33,146 nucleotides of DNA from an uncultured Candidatus Saccharibacteria bacterium (GTDB lineage Bacteria > Patescibacteriota > Saccharimonadia > Saccharimonadales > CAIOMD01): NCBI GenBank assembly GCA_964426305.1, contig CAYRPO010000002.1:1-33146 (forward strand), given 5' to 3'. This document shows, in pieces, positions 8,436 through 17,015 of the stretch. The notes below the pieces were generated by a model that saw only the letters and a program-made list of their open reading frames with translations, had not been told where the DNA came from and did not search any database. The stretch's first letter is position 1, and each line of letters begins with the position of its first letter. A program made the translations under genes and the position numbers.

Positions 8436-9059
8436 ATGGATGAAATCAGAAAACAGTTTCAGCTGACTGCTGAGCAAGATCGTCAGTTTGTAGCGCTTGA
8501 GCACCTGTATGCAGGCTGGAATGCCAAGATCAATGTCATTTCCCGAAAAGACATGGAGTTGTTTTATGGGCATCATGTACTACACAGTTTGGCGATTGCA
8601 AAAGCCGTGCAATTTGCGCCTGGGTCGCGGGTATTGGACCTTGGGACGGGCGGAGGTTTTCCGGGTATACCGCTTGCAATTTTGTTTCCTCGGACAACAT
8701 TTTTGTTGGTCGATTCGGTTGGCAAAAAGTTAAAAGTTGTCGATGATGTTGCGCGTCAGCTCGGGCTAAAAAATGTTACTACCCTCCATGAGCGTGTCGA
8801 AAACGTGCCTGGCACATTTGACTTTGTAGTGTCGCGTGCTGTGACTCGGCTTGATACTGCGTGGGGTTGGATTTCTGCGAAAATCGCCAAACAAGCAAAG
8901 CATGATCTGCCAAATGGTTTACTGTACCTCAAGGGTGGGCAGATTGCCGATGAGCTCCCGCCGGGCGTACAGGTCGATCAATGGGATCTCAGTGAATGGT
9001 TTACTGGAGCGTACTTTGTCGAAAAAGGCTTGGTGCTAATTTCGCAAAAACACCGCTAA
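8436..9059 (+). CDS. rsmG: 16S rRNA (guanine527-N7)-methyltransferase
   Basis: WNAKINVIS...HHVLHSL...VLDLGTGGGFPGIPLAI...LVDSVGKK is the GidB/RsmG pattern. TGaTATGGT lies 6 nt upstream of the ATG. Confidence 0.9.
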   Translation: MDEIRKQFQLTAEQDRQFVALEHLYAGWNAKINVISRKDMELFYGHHVLHSLAIAKAVQFAPGSRVLDLGTGGGFPGIPLAILFPRTTFLLVDSVGKKLKVVDDVARQLGLKNVTTLHERVENVPGTFDFVVSRAVTRLDTAWGWISAKIAKQAKHDLPNGLLYLKGGQIADELPPGVQVDQWDLSEWFTGAYFVEKGLVLISQKHR

Positions 9060-10013
9060 CGCTTCGCTCGACTCAAGGCTATGAGGTGACTCTGCAAAAG
9101 CAGTCATGTCTTCAGCGCTATGACTGTCGCCTGACGCAATAGTTGATAGGCCGTATGTCATAGCAAGGTTTTGCAGTGTCTGTACATCCGCCTGGATGTT
9201 GTTTTGCGATATGGTATTGACGACCGATGTTTCAAGGCCGTCAAAATAGTGCTCTTTTATGAGCTGTTCCAGCTGATCTAGCGGCAGCGCAACTTTGTTG
9301 AAGAACCAATGTGCCAAAATGGCCTTTCCGCCGGCTTCTCGGATGAGCTCGACAGATTCTTTGAGGCCCACCATGGAGTTGTGTGTGCTACCACGAGCTG
9401 GTCGAAAGCTGTAATTTTTCATATATAGTACGTAGGGTTCTTGTTTTGGCCCGCCATCCTGGTAGTCTTGCCAGAGTTTTTGTACGTTTTTGCGAGTTCC
9501 TTTTTGAGCCTCTTTTTCTAGGGCGTGCAACAGGCGGTCGTGTATGGCTCTATTTGCGCTATGCGTGTCTAGTTCTAATGCCTGTACGGTATGAGGGCTG
9601 GCGATAGACCCTTTTCCAGCTTTTTCTAGAACTTTCTCTACAGTTACATCAAAGCCCAATGACTGTAAGTGGGCGACAGTATTGTGCATGGTCTGGCTAC
9701 GCTCAGCCTGTAGTTGCTTGCAGTACGCCGTTAGCTTTGGGTGGGTGCGGTTAACGCCTATGCCGAGCAGATGTATGGTACCACCCTTGGCTAGTGGCCG
9801 CGGGCTGTAGTATGTGGTGAGCTCGATACCGCTATGCCATGCAACTGGTCCATTGTAGTTTTTAAGCTGTGGCATCACTTCGTCTGGAATCAGTAAATCG
9901 TGATCCGAAAAAACAACATCCGTCAAACCAAGCACCTCTGCCTCGTGCATAATTTCCATGTGAGTCTGGTTGCCGTCAGAATACAGCGTGTGGGTGTGGG
10001 CAGATGCTTTCAT
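9036..10013 (-). CDS. PHP-domain metal-dependent phosphoesterase
   Basis: N-terminal HTHTLYSDG and VFSDHD, with a C-terminal GDSHS. These are PHP-family metal ligands. Confidence 0.8.
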   Translation of the reverse strand: MKASAHTHTLYSDGNQTHMEIMHEAEVLGLTDVVFSDHDLLIPDEVMPQLKNYNGPVAWHSGIELTTYYSPRPLAKGGTIHLLGIGVNRTHPKLTAYCKQLQAERSQTMHNTVAHLQSLGFDVTVEKVLEKAGKGSIASPHTVQALELDTHSANRAIHDRLLHALEKEAQKGTRKNVQKLWQDYQDGGPKQEPYVLYMKNYSFRPARGSTHNSMVGLKESVELIREAGGKAILAHWFFNKVALPLDQLEQLIKEHYFDGLETSVVNTISQNNIQADVQTLQNLAMTYGLSTIASGDSHSAEDMTAFAESPHSLESSEALAVFLRN

Positions 10014-10043
10014 CGTTCTACTGTATCATCATAGCGTTGTGGC

Positions 10044-10082
10044 GCACAAAAACACCCCCGAAAGTTGGGGGTGTTTTTGTGC
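10044..10082 (-). terminator. Intrinsic terminator (GCACAAAAACACCCCC-gaaagt-TGGGGGTGTTTTTGTGC)
   Basis: About 16-bp stem whose 3' arm contains a U-run. It lies 15 nt downstream of the surface-protein stop (10097). Confidence 0.75.
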
Positions 10083-10096
10083 ACATTGGCTCGAAG

Positions 10097-11290
10097 TTAG
10101 CGGTTCAGTCGGCGCAGTGTCCAGGCTCGGAAGCCAAGGCCACCAGCAATGCTTGTTGTAGTGAATAGAGCAGCTAGGCCACCCGCACCAGTAGTTGGGA
10201 GCTCTTTCGGAGGAGTAACGGGCGTTTCTGGCTCGTCGATCACAACAGTACAGTCTGTGCTTGTCACTGTGGTGCTTGTTTTGTTTGGTAGTGCAATATT
10301 TGCCGTGGCTCGAGCGGTGTATTGACCAGCCTTTGTGTAGGTGTAGCTGGCGCTCCCATTGTTTGGCACCGTTACCTTGGCGCTATTTTCACCAAATGCT
10401 ATAGTAATGTCTTTTACTGTTGCGCCATTGGTAGCGCTTGCCTTTGCGGTAAATTCATATTTGCGATTACCAAGAGGCTTCTTTGTCAAGATTTCACACG
10501 TATAATTGGGGTTAGCAGGCAGCTCTTTTACAGAGAATGTCGCTGCACACGCACTGGCCGTTTTCTCTGTGGCGTTGCCGTTCAGTGTGCCTACGACAGT
10601 TGCCTTGACGGTGTAATTTCCGGCCTTGTCAAAGGTGTATGTTGAGCTGCTGTTTGGTGTAACTGTCTTAACAGTACCGTCGCTAAAGTTATAGCGAACA
10701 GAAGATGCTGTTGCGCCACCCGATGCAAGTACTTTGTTGATCAATGTTACTTTGGTGCGATTGCTGACAGTTGCCTGCAAACTAGTACACTCAAGTTTCT
10801 GCGGAGCAACGGGCTTCGCCGTAACAGGGTTTCCGCAAGGGGTCATGATGGCGTATTCAAATTGACCATTGCTGTTTATATGGACAAGCGCTTCTTGGGC
10901 AGAGCCCATCTTGTCTACGTTGACACGTCCCATCGTTCGGATATATGTGATGGCGCCGGTAGCAACGACTTTGTTGCCGACTCGGACTTCTCCGTTCTGA
11001 AATACGACACCCTTCACGAAATTATCGGCCTGGATGCGACTTGCATTGAGTCCGAACTGGCTAAAAATCTTTTGAATGTCGCTCGCCGAGTTTTTTGTGT
11101 CTCCATTTTGTAATTTGTCGAGTACGTCATTTTTTGTCGAAGATCCACAATACATAACAGCGAACTTATCGCAGTCGGGTGTGGTATCGATATTTGCGGC
11201 ATGGACAATTTTTGTCTGTGTAAATGGCAAGATCGCCGCAGCCAAAAATGCCAACGTGACAAGTCCTGCGCTAAAAGTTGATGTCTTCAT
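10097..11290 (-). CDS. Sortase-anchored (LPXTG) surface protein with PKD/Ig-like repeats
   Basis: Signal peptide MKTSTFSAGLVTLAFLAAAILPF. Two PKD-like segments (FSDGT...YTFDKAGNYTVKATV and ...YTYTKAGQYTARATA). The C-terminus has LPTTG, a hydrophobic stretch and RRLNR. SD is GAGGAGGAG. Confidence 0.85.
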   Translation of the reverse strand: MKTSTFSAGLVTLAFLAAAILPFTQTKIVHAANIDTTPDCDKFAVMYCGSSTKNDVLDKLQNGDTKNSASDIQKIFSQFGLNASRIQADNFVKGVVFQNGEVRVGNKVVATGAITYIRTMGRVNVDKMGSAQEALVHINSNGQFEYAIMTPCGNPVTAKPVAPQKLECTSLQATVSNRTKVTLINKVLASGGATASSVRYNFSDGTVKTVTPNSSSTYTFDKAGNYTVKATVVGTLNGNATEKTASACAATFSVKELPANPNYTCEILTKKPLGNRKYEFTAKASATNGATVKDITIAFGENSAKVTVPNNGSASYTYTKAGQYTARATANIALPNKTSTTVTSTDCTVVIDEPETPVTPPKELPTTGAGGLAALFTTTSIAGGLGFRAWTLRRLNR

Positions 11291-11324
11291 AGCCCTAAAA
11301 CTCCTCCTCAGGGGTTATGTATAA

Positions 11325-11353
11325 ATACTAACATACATTAGCATATTTGTCAA
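11325..11353 (-). promoter_or_regulatory. Promoter TTGACA-17 nt-TAGTAT for the surface-protein gene
   Basis: Minus-strand TTGACA (11353-11348), a 17-nt spacer, then TAGTAT (11330-11325). It lies about 35 nt upstream of the ATG. Confidence 0.5.
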
Positions 11354-11374
11354 TAGGCTTATGATTGACTGGTC

Positions 11375-11944
11375 CTAAAAATCAATACCAGCGTTAGCCA
11401 GGTATTGATCGTCGAAATGATGTTTCAATTTTGTCATATCGGTCGCAATGTCAGCGTATTGCAGGAGCTTGGGTGGAAAGTTGCGACCTGTCAGACAGAG
11501 GCTTGTTTTGGGGTGACGATCTTGCATGAGCTCCTGTAGGAGGTGTTCAGACAGGAGGCCATCATGCACGGCGTTGTTGATTTCATCACAAACAACCAGG
11601 TCGTAGTGTCCGCTGGTAGCTGCCTCAAAGGCAGTTTTGTAGGTTGTCATGGCTGAGGCTTTGTGTTCGGATTCGCTAACTCCTTTGGCGCTGATGTCTC
11701 CAGCGTTGTAGAAGCCCTTCCCGCCCTTGTAAAACAGTAATTTATCACCAAAAACCGGTCCAATTTTCTCTAAAAAGGTATGTTCGCTAACTTTCCATGT
11801 CTTGATGAATTGTATATAAGCGACACGCCAATCGGCGCCCAATGCACGGGCGGTTAGGCCAAGCGAGGCACTGGTCTTGCCTTTGCCTTCACCGGTATAT
11901 ACCACCACTACCGATTCTTTTGTTTTGTAGTCTTCAAACGCCAT
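11375..11944 (-). CDS. cobO: ATP:cob(I)alamin adenosyltransferase (CobA/CobO/BtuR type)
   Basis: VVYTGEGKGKTSASLG P-loop, IQFIK, LVVCDEINNA and LTGRNFP are characteristic of the CobO/BtuR family. Confidence 0.8.
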   Translation of the reverse strand: MAFEDYKTKESVVVVYTGEGKGKTSASLGLTARALGADWRVAYIQFIKTWKVSEHTFLEKIGPVFGDKLLFYKGGKGFYNAGDISAKGVSESEHKASAMTTYKTAFEAATSGHYDLVVCDEINNAVHDGLLSEHLLQELMQDRHPKTSLCLTGRNFPPKLLQYADIATDMTKLKHHFDDQYLANAGIDF

Positions 11945-12016
11945 AATTACTTAACAAGCATAAGTACTTGCGCTTGTTCGGTCAAGTCTCAAATGTAAAT
12001 GGAATGCGTCTTGTGT

Positions 12017-12361
12017 CTAGGTCGGCAACACGCAGTAAGCGCAGGCGCCGTTGATCTGTCGAAATAACGGGCTAGAAGGATCTGATTTGCGTCGCATCGC
12101 CTGCTGAAGCTCGCGCAGGTCTTTCATAACAATATGCTCATTCAGGCTTGCTGTTTGCTCTGCTACTTCTTGGGCGGCATCACGGAGGCCTGCGGTTCCG
12201 GCTGGCGCCTCGATGAATGACTGATGTCTCATGAACGATTCACCCAGTAATGCAAGCGTTGCCCTGCGCTGTGCTTGTTCTTCGGCAATGTCTTCCATGT
12301 CGGGCGGTATGAGCCCGTGCAGTTCACCTAAACGTACGACGATCTCGAGTGCATTTGGCAC
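12017..12361 (-). CDS. Hypothetical acidic helical protein
   Basis: 114-codon ORF with a GTG start, and the first in-frame Met is at codon 22. No motif recognised. It is co-directional with cobO. Confidence 0.5.
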   Translation of the reverse strand: MPNALEIVVRLGELHGLIPPDMEDIAEEQAQRRATLALLGESFMRHQSFIEAPAGTAGLRDAAQEVAEQTASLNEHIVMKDLRELQQAMRRKSDPSSPLFRQINGACAYCVLPT

Positions 12362-12391
12362 GCGTGACTTGTCTATGGATTCTAGAAAAGC

Positions 12392-12613
12392 TCAAACATG
12401 CATTGCATCCTGTGGTCCTGCAGGATCGGACGTTTCCAAAAAACGAGATACAGGCAATGCTCCAAGCTGTTCAGGCCGCCGTGGGCGCGGAATCTGACCT
12501 TCGTGATTTCGTGTTGATTCACCAACTTGTGTCACGCGCATTTCCCTGTCTATGATCTCAATACTACCATATATAGTGTAGTGTTTGCCAGTCTGTGGCA
12601 CTAGGATTTGCAT
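12392..12613 (-). CDS. Hypothetical small protein (weak call)
   Basis: The track ORF starts with TTG at 12637 and the first ATG is at 12613. No SD and no motif. Confidence 0.25.
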   Translation of the reverse strand: MQILVPQTGKHYTIYGSIEIIDREMRVTQVGESTRNHEGQIPRPRRPEQLGALPVSRFLETSDPAGPQDAMHV

Positions 12614-12708
12614 TATGTGCGATTGGGTTTTTGTCAAGGACTTGACTTTGTAAGGGGTTACACCGTACGCTTATGGGTATCAGACTTTAAAAGGAGGGTA
12701 ACCCTTAC

Positions 12709-13485
12709 ATGAAACAGCGACAAATCGCTGCGGTGCTGGCCGAATTTCTCGGCACGCTCGTACTTGTTCTTGTAGTGTTAAACGTTGTTCGCTACGGCGC
12801 ACCGTTTTTCACCGCAATCGCTGCTGCCGTTACGGTAGCAACTTTTTATACTGTAGCCGCCCGAGTCGGTGCTGGCCATTTTAACCCAGCAGTCACTATC
12901 GCCATGGTGGCCGTTCGGCGTGCCAGTGTTGTTAAGGGTATCGCCTTTGTAGCCGCCCAGTTCTTGGCTGGCGTTGCTGGCTGGAAGCTTGGCGAGTATC
13001 TGCTTGGCAGAACTCTCGAAAACAACACATGGCCGGGCTTTGACCAGAAGGTATTTTTGGCCGAGCTCATTGGTACCTTTGTGTTCGTCGCGATCCTGAC
13101 TGCCGCTGTTGGCAAGAAGATGAGTGATCGAGATACTGGCGTTACTATTGGTGCAGGCTTATTCGTCGGCTCAACAGTTGCTGGTTTAGGTATCTTGGCA
13201 GGTGGCGTGTTGAATCCTGCCATTGCCTTTGGCACACATGCATTTGACTGGACCGAGACAATGCTTGCGCCAATCCTAGGCGGTCTGCTTGGTGCGGTTG
13301 TCGTAGAGTTACTAGTTAATCGCGATACGGCCGCAAAAGTTGGGCTACCAAAGTCTGCCGCTAAAACCGCACAGACCAAGGTCGAGAAGCCAGTAGAAAA
13401 AACAGTCGAAACGCCAAAACCTGCCGTCAAAAAGCCGGTAGCAAAAAAATCAACCGCGAAAAAAGTGGTCGCCAAGAAGAAGTAA
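12709..13485 (+). CDS. MIP-family channel (aquaporin/glycerol facilitator-like) with Lys/Pro-rich C-terminal tail
   Basis: Two NPA boxes (GHFNPAVT, LNPAIAFG) and six hydrophobic helices. Strong SD AAAGGAGGG. Tail is KPVEKTVETPKPAVKKPVAKKSTAKKVVAKKK. Confidence 0.9.
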   Translation: MKQRQIAAVLAEFLGTLVLVLVVLNVVRYGAPFFTAIAAAVTVATFYTVAARVGAGHFNPAVTIAMVAVRRASVVKGIAFVAAQFLAGVAGWKLGEYLLGRTLENNTWPGFDQKVFLAELIGTFVFVAILTAAVGKKMSDRDTGVTIGAGLFVGSTVAGLGILAGGVLNPAIAFGTHAFDWTETMLAPILGGLLGAVVVELLVNRDTAAKVGLPKSAAKTAQTKVEKPVEKTVETPKPAVKKPVAKKSTAKKVVAKKK

Positions 13486-13545
13486 TTTCTCTGCATACAC
13501 TAAAAAAGGCTCCAAAAGGAGCCTTTTTTAGTGTATGCAGAGAAA
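13486..13545. terminator. Bidirectional terminator: perfect 28-bp palindrome with AAAA loop
   Basis: 13486-13513 is the exact reverse complement of 13518-13545. The core is GGCTCC-aaaa-GGAGCC flanked by A6/T6. It lies between convergent stops 13485 and 13554. Confidence 0.85.
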
Positions 13546-13553
13546 GCTTTATA

Positions 13554-16500
13554 TCAGATGTTTTCTATGAGCCAGTTTTCGAAGTCTATGACGCCCTTGT
13601 ATGATTTATCGAATCCAGATACGTCTGGCAGATCGAGTGTTTTGACGCGTCGCCATACGGCACCGATGAGCGCTTTCATGCGCTCGACTTCGTCTGCTTT
13701 GTAGTCTAGAACCAATTCTTGGATATGATTGTCTTCGTCTGGCTCGACGAATACCAACCGTCCGGCTTCGACTTTATAGTCTCGGTAGGTATGTGAATTT
13801 TCAACCAAAAGTTTGTAGAACAATAGCTGTTGCTTGTAGCGATGCAGTTTAATGTCGTTGGTCCAGCGGTTATGCGGCCGGCCGGTTTTAAAGTCGGTGA
13901 CGACGATTATTTTATCTTCGCGGTCAATGAGCATTTGGTCTAGGTTGCCGTTTAGGTGGGCATCGCCGACAAAACTGCCTTCGTCGCGAAATGGTCGCTC
14001 ATGCTCGTTTGCAGGGTTAAAGTTTGGCCACCACTGGGGTAAAAAGACGCCCAGGTCTTGTTGTCCTTTCGTGAGGCGACGTTCGTATTCGGTTTGGCTC
14101 AGACCTTTCTCTCGTAGTTTCGTAGCGAAAGTTGCCTGGACTTGTTCGACTTCTGGCAGTTCGTCGTGTTTTCGCACATAATGATGGACCCATTCGAGGG
14201 TTTCGTGCATGGCGTTACCATATTGGCCGTCTGCCGATGGGCTCTTTGGAAACTTCAACACAGTGTTAAGCAAAAAGTGCTCTGGTCCGGCAAATACAAG
14301 GTCGGTAAAGGTGTTGATGTGTGTTGCACTGATCTGAAAGTTGTCCATACGTGGCAACAGTAGCTCGCGTAGGTCGGGCGCATTGGGGCCTGCGATGTGC
14401 CTTGTTTGCCAGTTGACTGTCATGGTCTCCAGGGCTGGCGCCTCTAGGTCTGACTCGATAATGTTTTGGGCATATGCTGGCATGAGCGGTGATCTGTTTG
14501 GTGATTGGTCGTCTGTTTCTTCCAGGAACTCCAGGCGTGTAGTGGCCGTCCCGCTATAGCTGGATCCACTGCTTGTAATATATAGGCCCAATTTGGCACG
14601 CGTCAATGCAACGTACAACAGGCGCTTTCGCTCGTCTTTGTTTTTGCCAGCTTGCCGAATGTATGCCAGATTTTTTGGCAACGTAATGTTTGACGATTTG
14701 CCTCGAGCTTTCATGCCCCATGCTTCGTCGACAGTGTCAATGACAAAAACATGTTCGAACTCAAGGCCTTTGGAGCCATAAGCAGTCAACAGCTGTACTG
14801 CTTTTTGGGCGCTGTGATATGGGCTGGTGTTGAGCAGTTTTTCTCCGGCGGCTCGATATGTGTCTACGAACGTTACAAAGTCTGCAAGCGTGAGCGGCTG
14901 ATCGGTACCCTGCTTGTATTCGCGAACATGCGACCTTAGCACAGTTAGGTTCGAAATGGTGTGCAAAAATTGCTCGGTATCGCCGTCTTGCGCTGTCGGG
15001 CCGAAGTGATAATCGAAATACGGCGATCGATACTCGGCCAGGTCGGGTTCGTGCACGGCCAGTGGACTTGCGCCCGTTAGGTAGTCCAGGACACTTTCGA
15101 GCGTCTCGACCGATATGATTTGGCTAATTCTGGCAAAAAACAGTGCAATTGGCTTAAGGTCTGGATCTTGCATCATGAGTGCCTGCCAATGCGCCGGCTC
15201 CTGCGGGCTGTAACGGTTTTTGCTAGCCTGCCACGACAGCTGCCAGATCTGACTTGTGCTTAGTCCCCAGTGGTCTGCACTCAAAACTTCGGGCCAAAAT
15301 GCATCGGCCATCTCTTGGTCGTCAGCTGCCAGTGCTAAGGCCAATTTGCTTTGTATATATAGTTGCATGATGTGCGGGTCATCTAGGACATTTTCTCGTT
15401 TGTCATAGCGTACTGGTAGTCCAGCGGCGTGCAAAAACGGCACAAGCGGCTCGAGATATTTGTGTTGCGGGGCAATGATTGCAATCTGATCAAGCTGTAC
15501 ACCCTGCTCTGCTAGCTGTTTTGCATGACTTGCAAGCCACGCACTTTGAGCCGGATCACTCTGAAAATGCCGACGTTCCACCGCTGCTTTTTTAGGTAAA
15601 TGCGGGTTAGCTGCTACGAAATCTTTGTCGGGCAGACCCAGGGCGGTCGTCAATCGGGCTTCGATTTGACGCATAACACCTTTGGCAGTACCAATGATGT
15701 CGGCATGTGAACGCCAGTTCTCGGTTAGTGTGATCAGCTTAGTACCATCGTATAGCTTTGCGAACTGCGACATGTTCATGTAGTCGGCACCCTGAAAGGC
15801 GTAGATTGCCTGATCATCGTCGCCGACAGCGAGTACGTTTGGGCGACCCTCACTGAGTGGGTTGTTTGTAAGGAGCTGTATGAGTTTAAGCTGCGATGGG
15901 TTTGTGTCCTGGAACTCGTCGAGCATGATGTATTGATATTGCTCGTGCAGTCCAAAACGTAAATCGTCATAAGCCTCGATGCGCTCGATCGCCCGAAGGA
16001 TCATGTCGTCATAGTCGAACAGTTCCGCTTTTATAAGTGCAGCCTGGTATGCTTCGTATATATCTGCGGCACCAAGTAGCTTGAGCGCTTCCTTTTTACC
16101 ACTCAAGCCAAATTGGTTGTCGGTGTTTTTACAGAGCCACACATTTTTCCACGCTGTCAGCTCATTGGTTTTGCCACTGCTTGCGCAGGCCTCTAGGGCT
16201 GTCTGCAATTCAAACACGGCAAGCGTGTACAGTGGCTTGACGCCATCGATCAGCCGCTCGTCACGGTGTTGTACCAAAATGTCTAACAGGCCACGAAACA
16301 AGTCAATCGACGTTTTGCTCATACGTGAAAAGCCAGCCAAATGTCCGGCAATTTGCGGACTGACTGCGTCGATGTATCGAATATTGCTGTTTGCGATGGC
16401 TTGAACGTCGTCTGGTGTAAGCGCGCCACGTTTTGCCTCGCTTACAAATGCCAGTGCATCACGCAAGTAAATGTCGCTGCGCCACAGTGGGTTGGTTGAC

Positions 16501-16895
16501 GGAACTGATGCGTATACTTGGCTCATGAGTTCATGCTGGCCAAGGGCGTCGACTGGTTGACTGCCGGCCAGGTCTTCAAAGTAGTCGCGGTGGCTGCGAA
16601 TCAGGTCGCTACCAAAGGCGTGATACGTTCCAATTTTGACATCGTAGGCCGATTTGCCAATATAGCGCTGTAAGCGTTCGCGCATGTTTCGTGCGCCGAC
16701 ATCGGTAAATGTAAGACACAATATGTTCTGGGGTAATGTGTCGGTTTTGGTAAGTATATTTGCGGCACGCAGGGCAAGTAATTGTGTTTTACCAGTTCCA
16801 GGCCCAGCCAGCACTAGTACCGGCCCATCGATGCAGTCCACTGCACTCTTTTGGGCTGTGTTCAGTTGTGTATAGGCAGTATCAAAAGCGGACAT
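13554..16895 (-). CDS. UvrD/PcrA-family DNA helicase fused to a C-terminal PD-(D/E)XK (RecB-like) nuclease domain
   Basis: From ATG 16895: LAGPGTGKT (motif I), LDEFQDTN (motif II), YGSKGLEFEHVF and LLYVALTRAK (motifs V/VI). The C-terminus has VTDFKTG...YKQQLLFYKLL, a nuclease motif. Confidence 0.85.
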   Translation of the reverse strand: MSAFDTAYTQLNTAQKSAVDCIDGPVLVLAGPGTGKTQLLALRAANILTKTDTLPQNILCLTFTDVGARNMRERLQRYIGKSAYDVKIGTYHAFGSDLIRSHRDYFEDLAGSQPVDALGQHELMSQVYASVPSTNPLWRSDIYLRDALAFVSEAKRGALTPDDVQAIANSNIRYIDAVSPQIAGHLAGFSRMSKTSIDLFRGLLDILVQHRDERLIDGVKPLYTLAVFELQTALEACASSGKTNELTAWKNVWLCKNTDNQFGLSGKKEALKLLGAADIYEAYQAALIKAELFDYDDMILRAIERIEAYDDLRFGLHEQYQYIMLDEFQDTNPSQLKLIQLLTNNPLSEGRPNVLAVGDDDQAIYAFQGADYMNMSQFAKLYDGTKLITLTENWRSHADIIGTAKGVMRQIEARLTTALGLPDKDFVAANPHLPKKAAVERRHFQSDPAQSAWLASHAKQLAEQGVQLDQIAIIAPQHKYLEPLVPFLHAAGLPVRYDKRENVLDDPHIMQLYIQSKLALALAADDQEMADAFWPEVLSADHWGLSTSQIWQLSWQASKNRYSPQEPAHWQALMMQDPDLKPIALFFARISQIISVETLESVLDYLTGASPLAVHEPDLAEYRSPYFDYHFGPTAQDGDTEQFLHTISNLTVLRSHVREYKQGTDQPLTLADFVTFVDTYRAAGEKLLNTSPYHSAQKAVQLLTAYGSKGLEFEHVFVIDTVDEAWGMKARGKSSNITLPKNLAYIRQAGKNKDERKRLLYVALTRAKLGLYITSSGSSYSGTATTRLEFLEETDDQSPNRSPLMPAYAQNIIESDLEAPALETMTVNWQTRHIAGPNAPDLRELLLPRMDNFQISATHINTFTDLVFAGPEHFLLNTVLKFPKSPSADGQYGNAMHETLEWVHHYVRKHDELPEVEQVQATFATKLREKGLSQTEYERRLTKGQQDLGVFLPQWWPNFNPANEHERPFRDEGSFVGDAHLNGNLDQMLIDREDKIIVVTDFKTGRPHNRWTNDIKLHRYKQQLLFYKLLVENSHTYRDYKVEAGRLVFVEPDEDNHIQELVLDYKADEVERMKALIGAVWRRVKTLDLPDVSGFDKSYKGVIDFENWLIENI

Positions 16896-17015
16896 AATGT
16901 ATGTAAGTATAGCCTGCTTTAGGGGGAGCGTATAGTTTACGGTTAATACAAAAACCACCACGACTACCCGAAGGGTGGACAATCGTGATGGTCGGATACG
17001 AGTTGCTAGGTCTAA

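Noticed and set aside
12846-13496. 216-aa antisense ORF opposite the MIP channel gene
   Set aside because: The plus-strand frame has unambiguous NPA-channel motifs and a strong SD. The antisense product is of low complexity (T/A/F-rich) and lacks start signals.
16950-16985. Terminator after the 17016 membrane-protein gene (CCACC...GGTGG + TTTTT on the minus strand)
   Set aside because: It has only a 5-bp stem with a 14-nt loop. It may function, but it is too weak to list as a feature.
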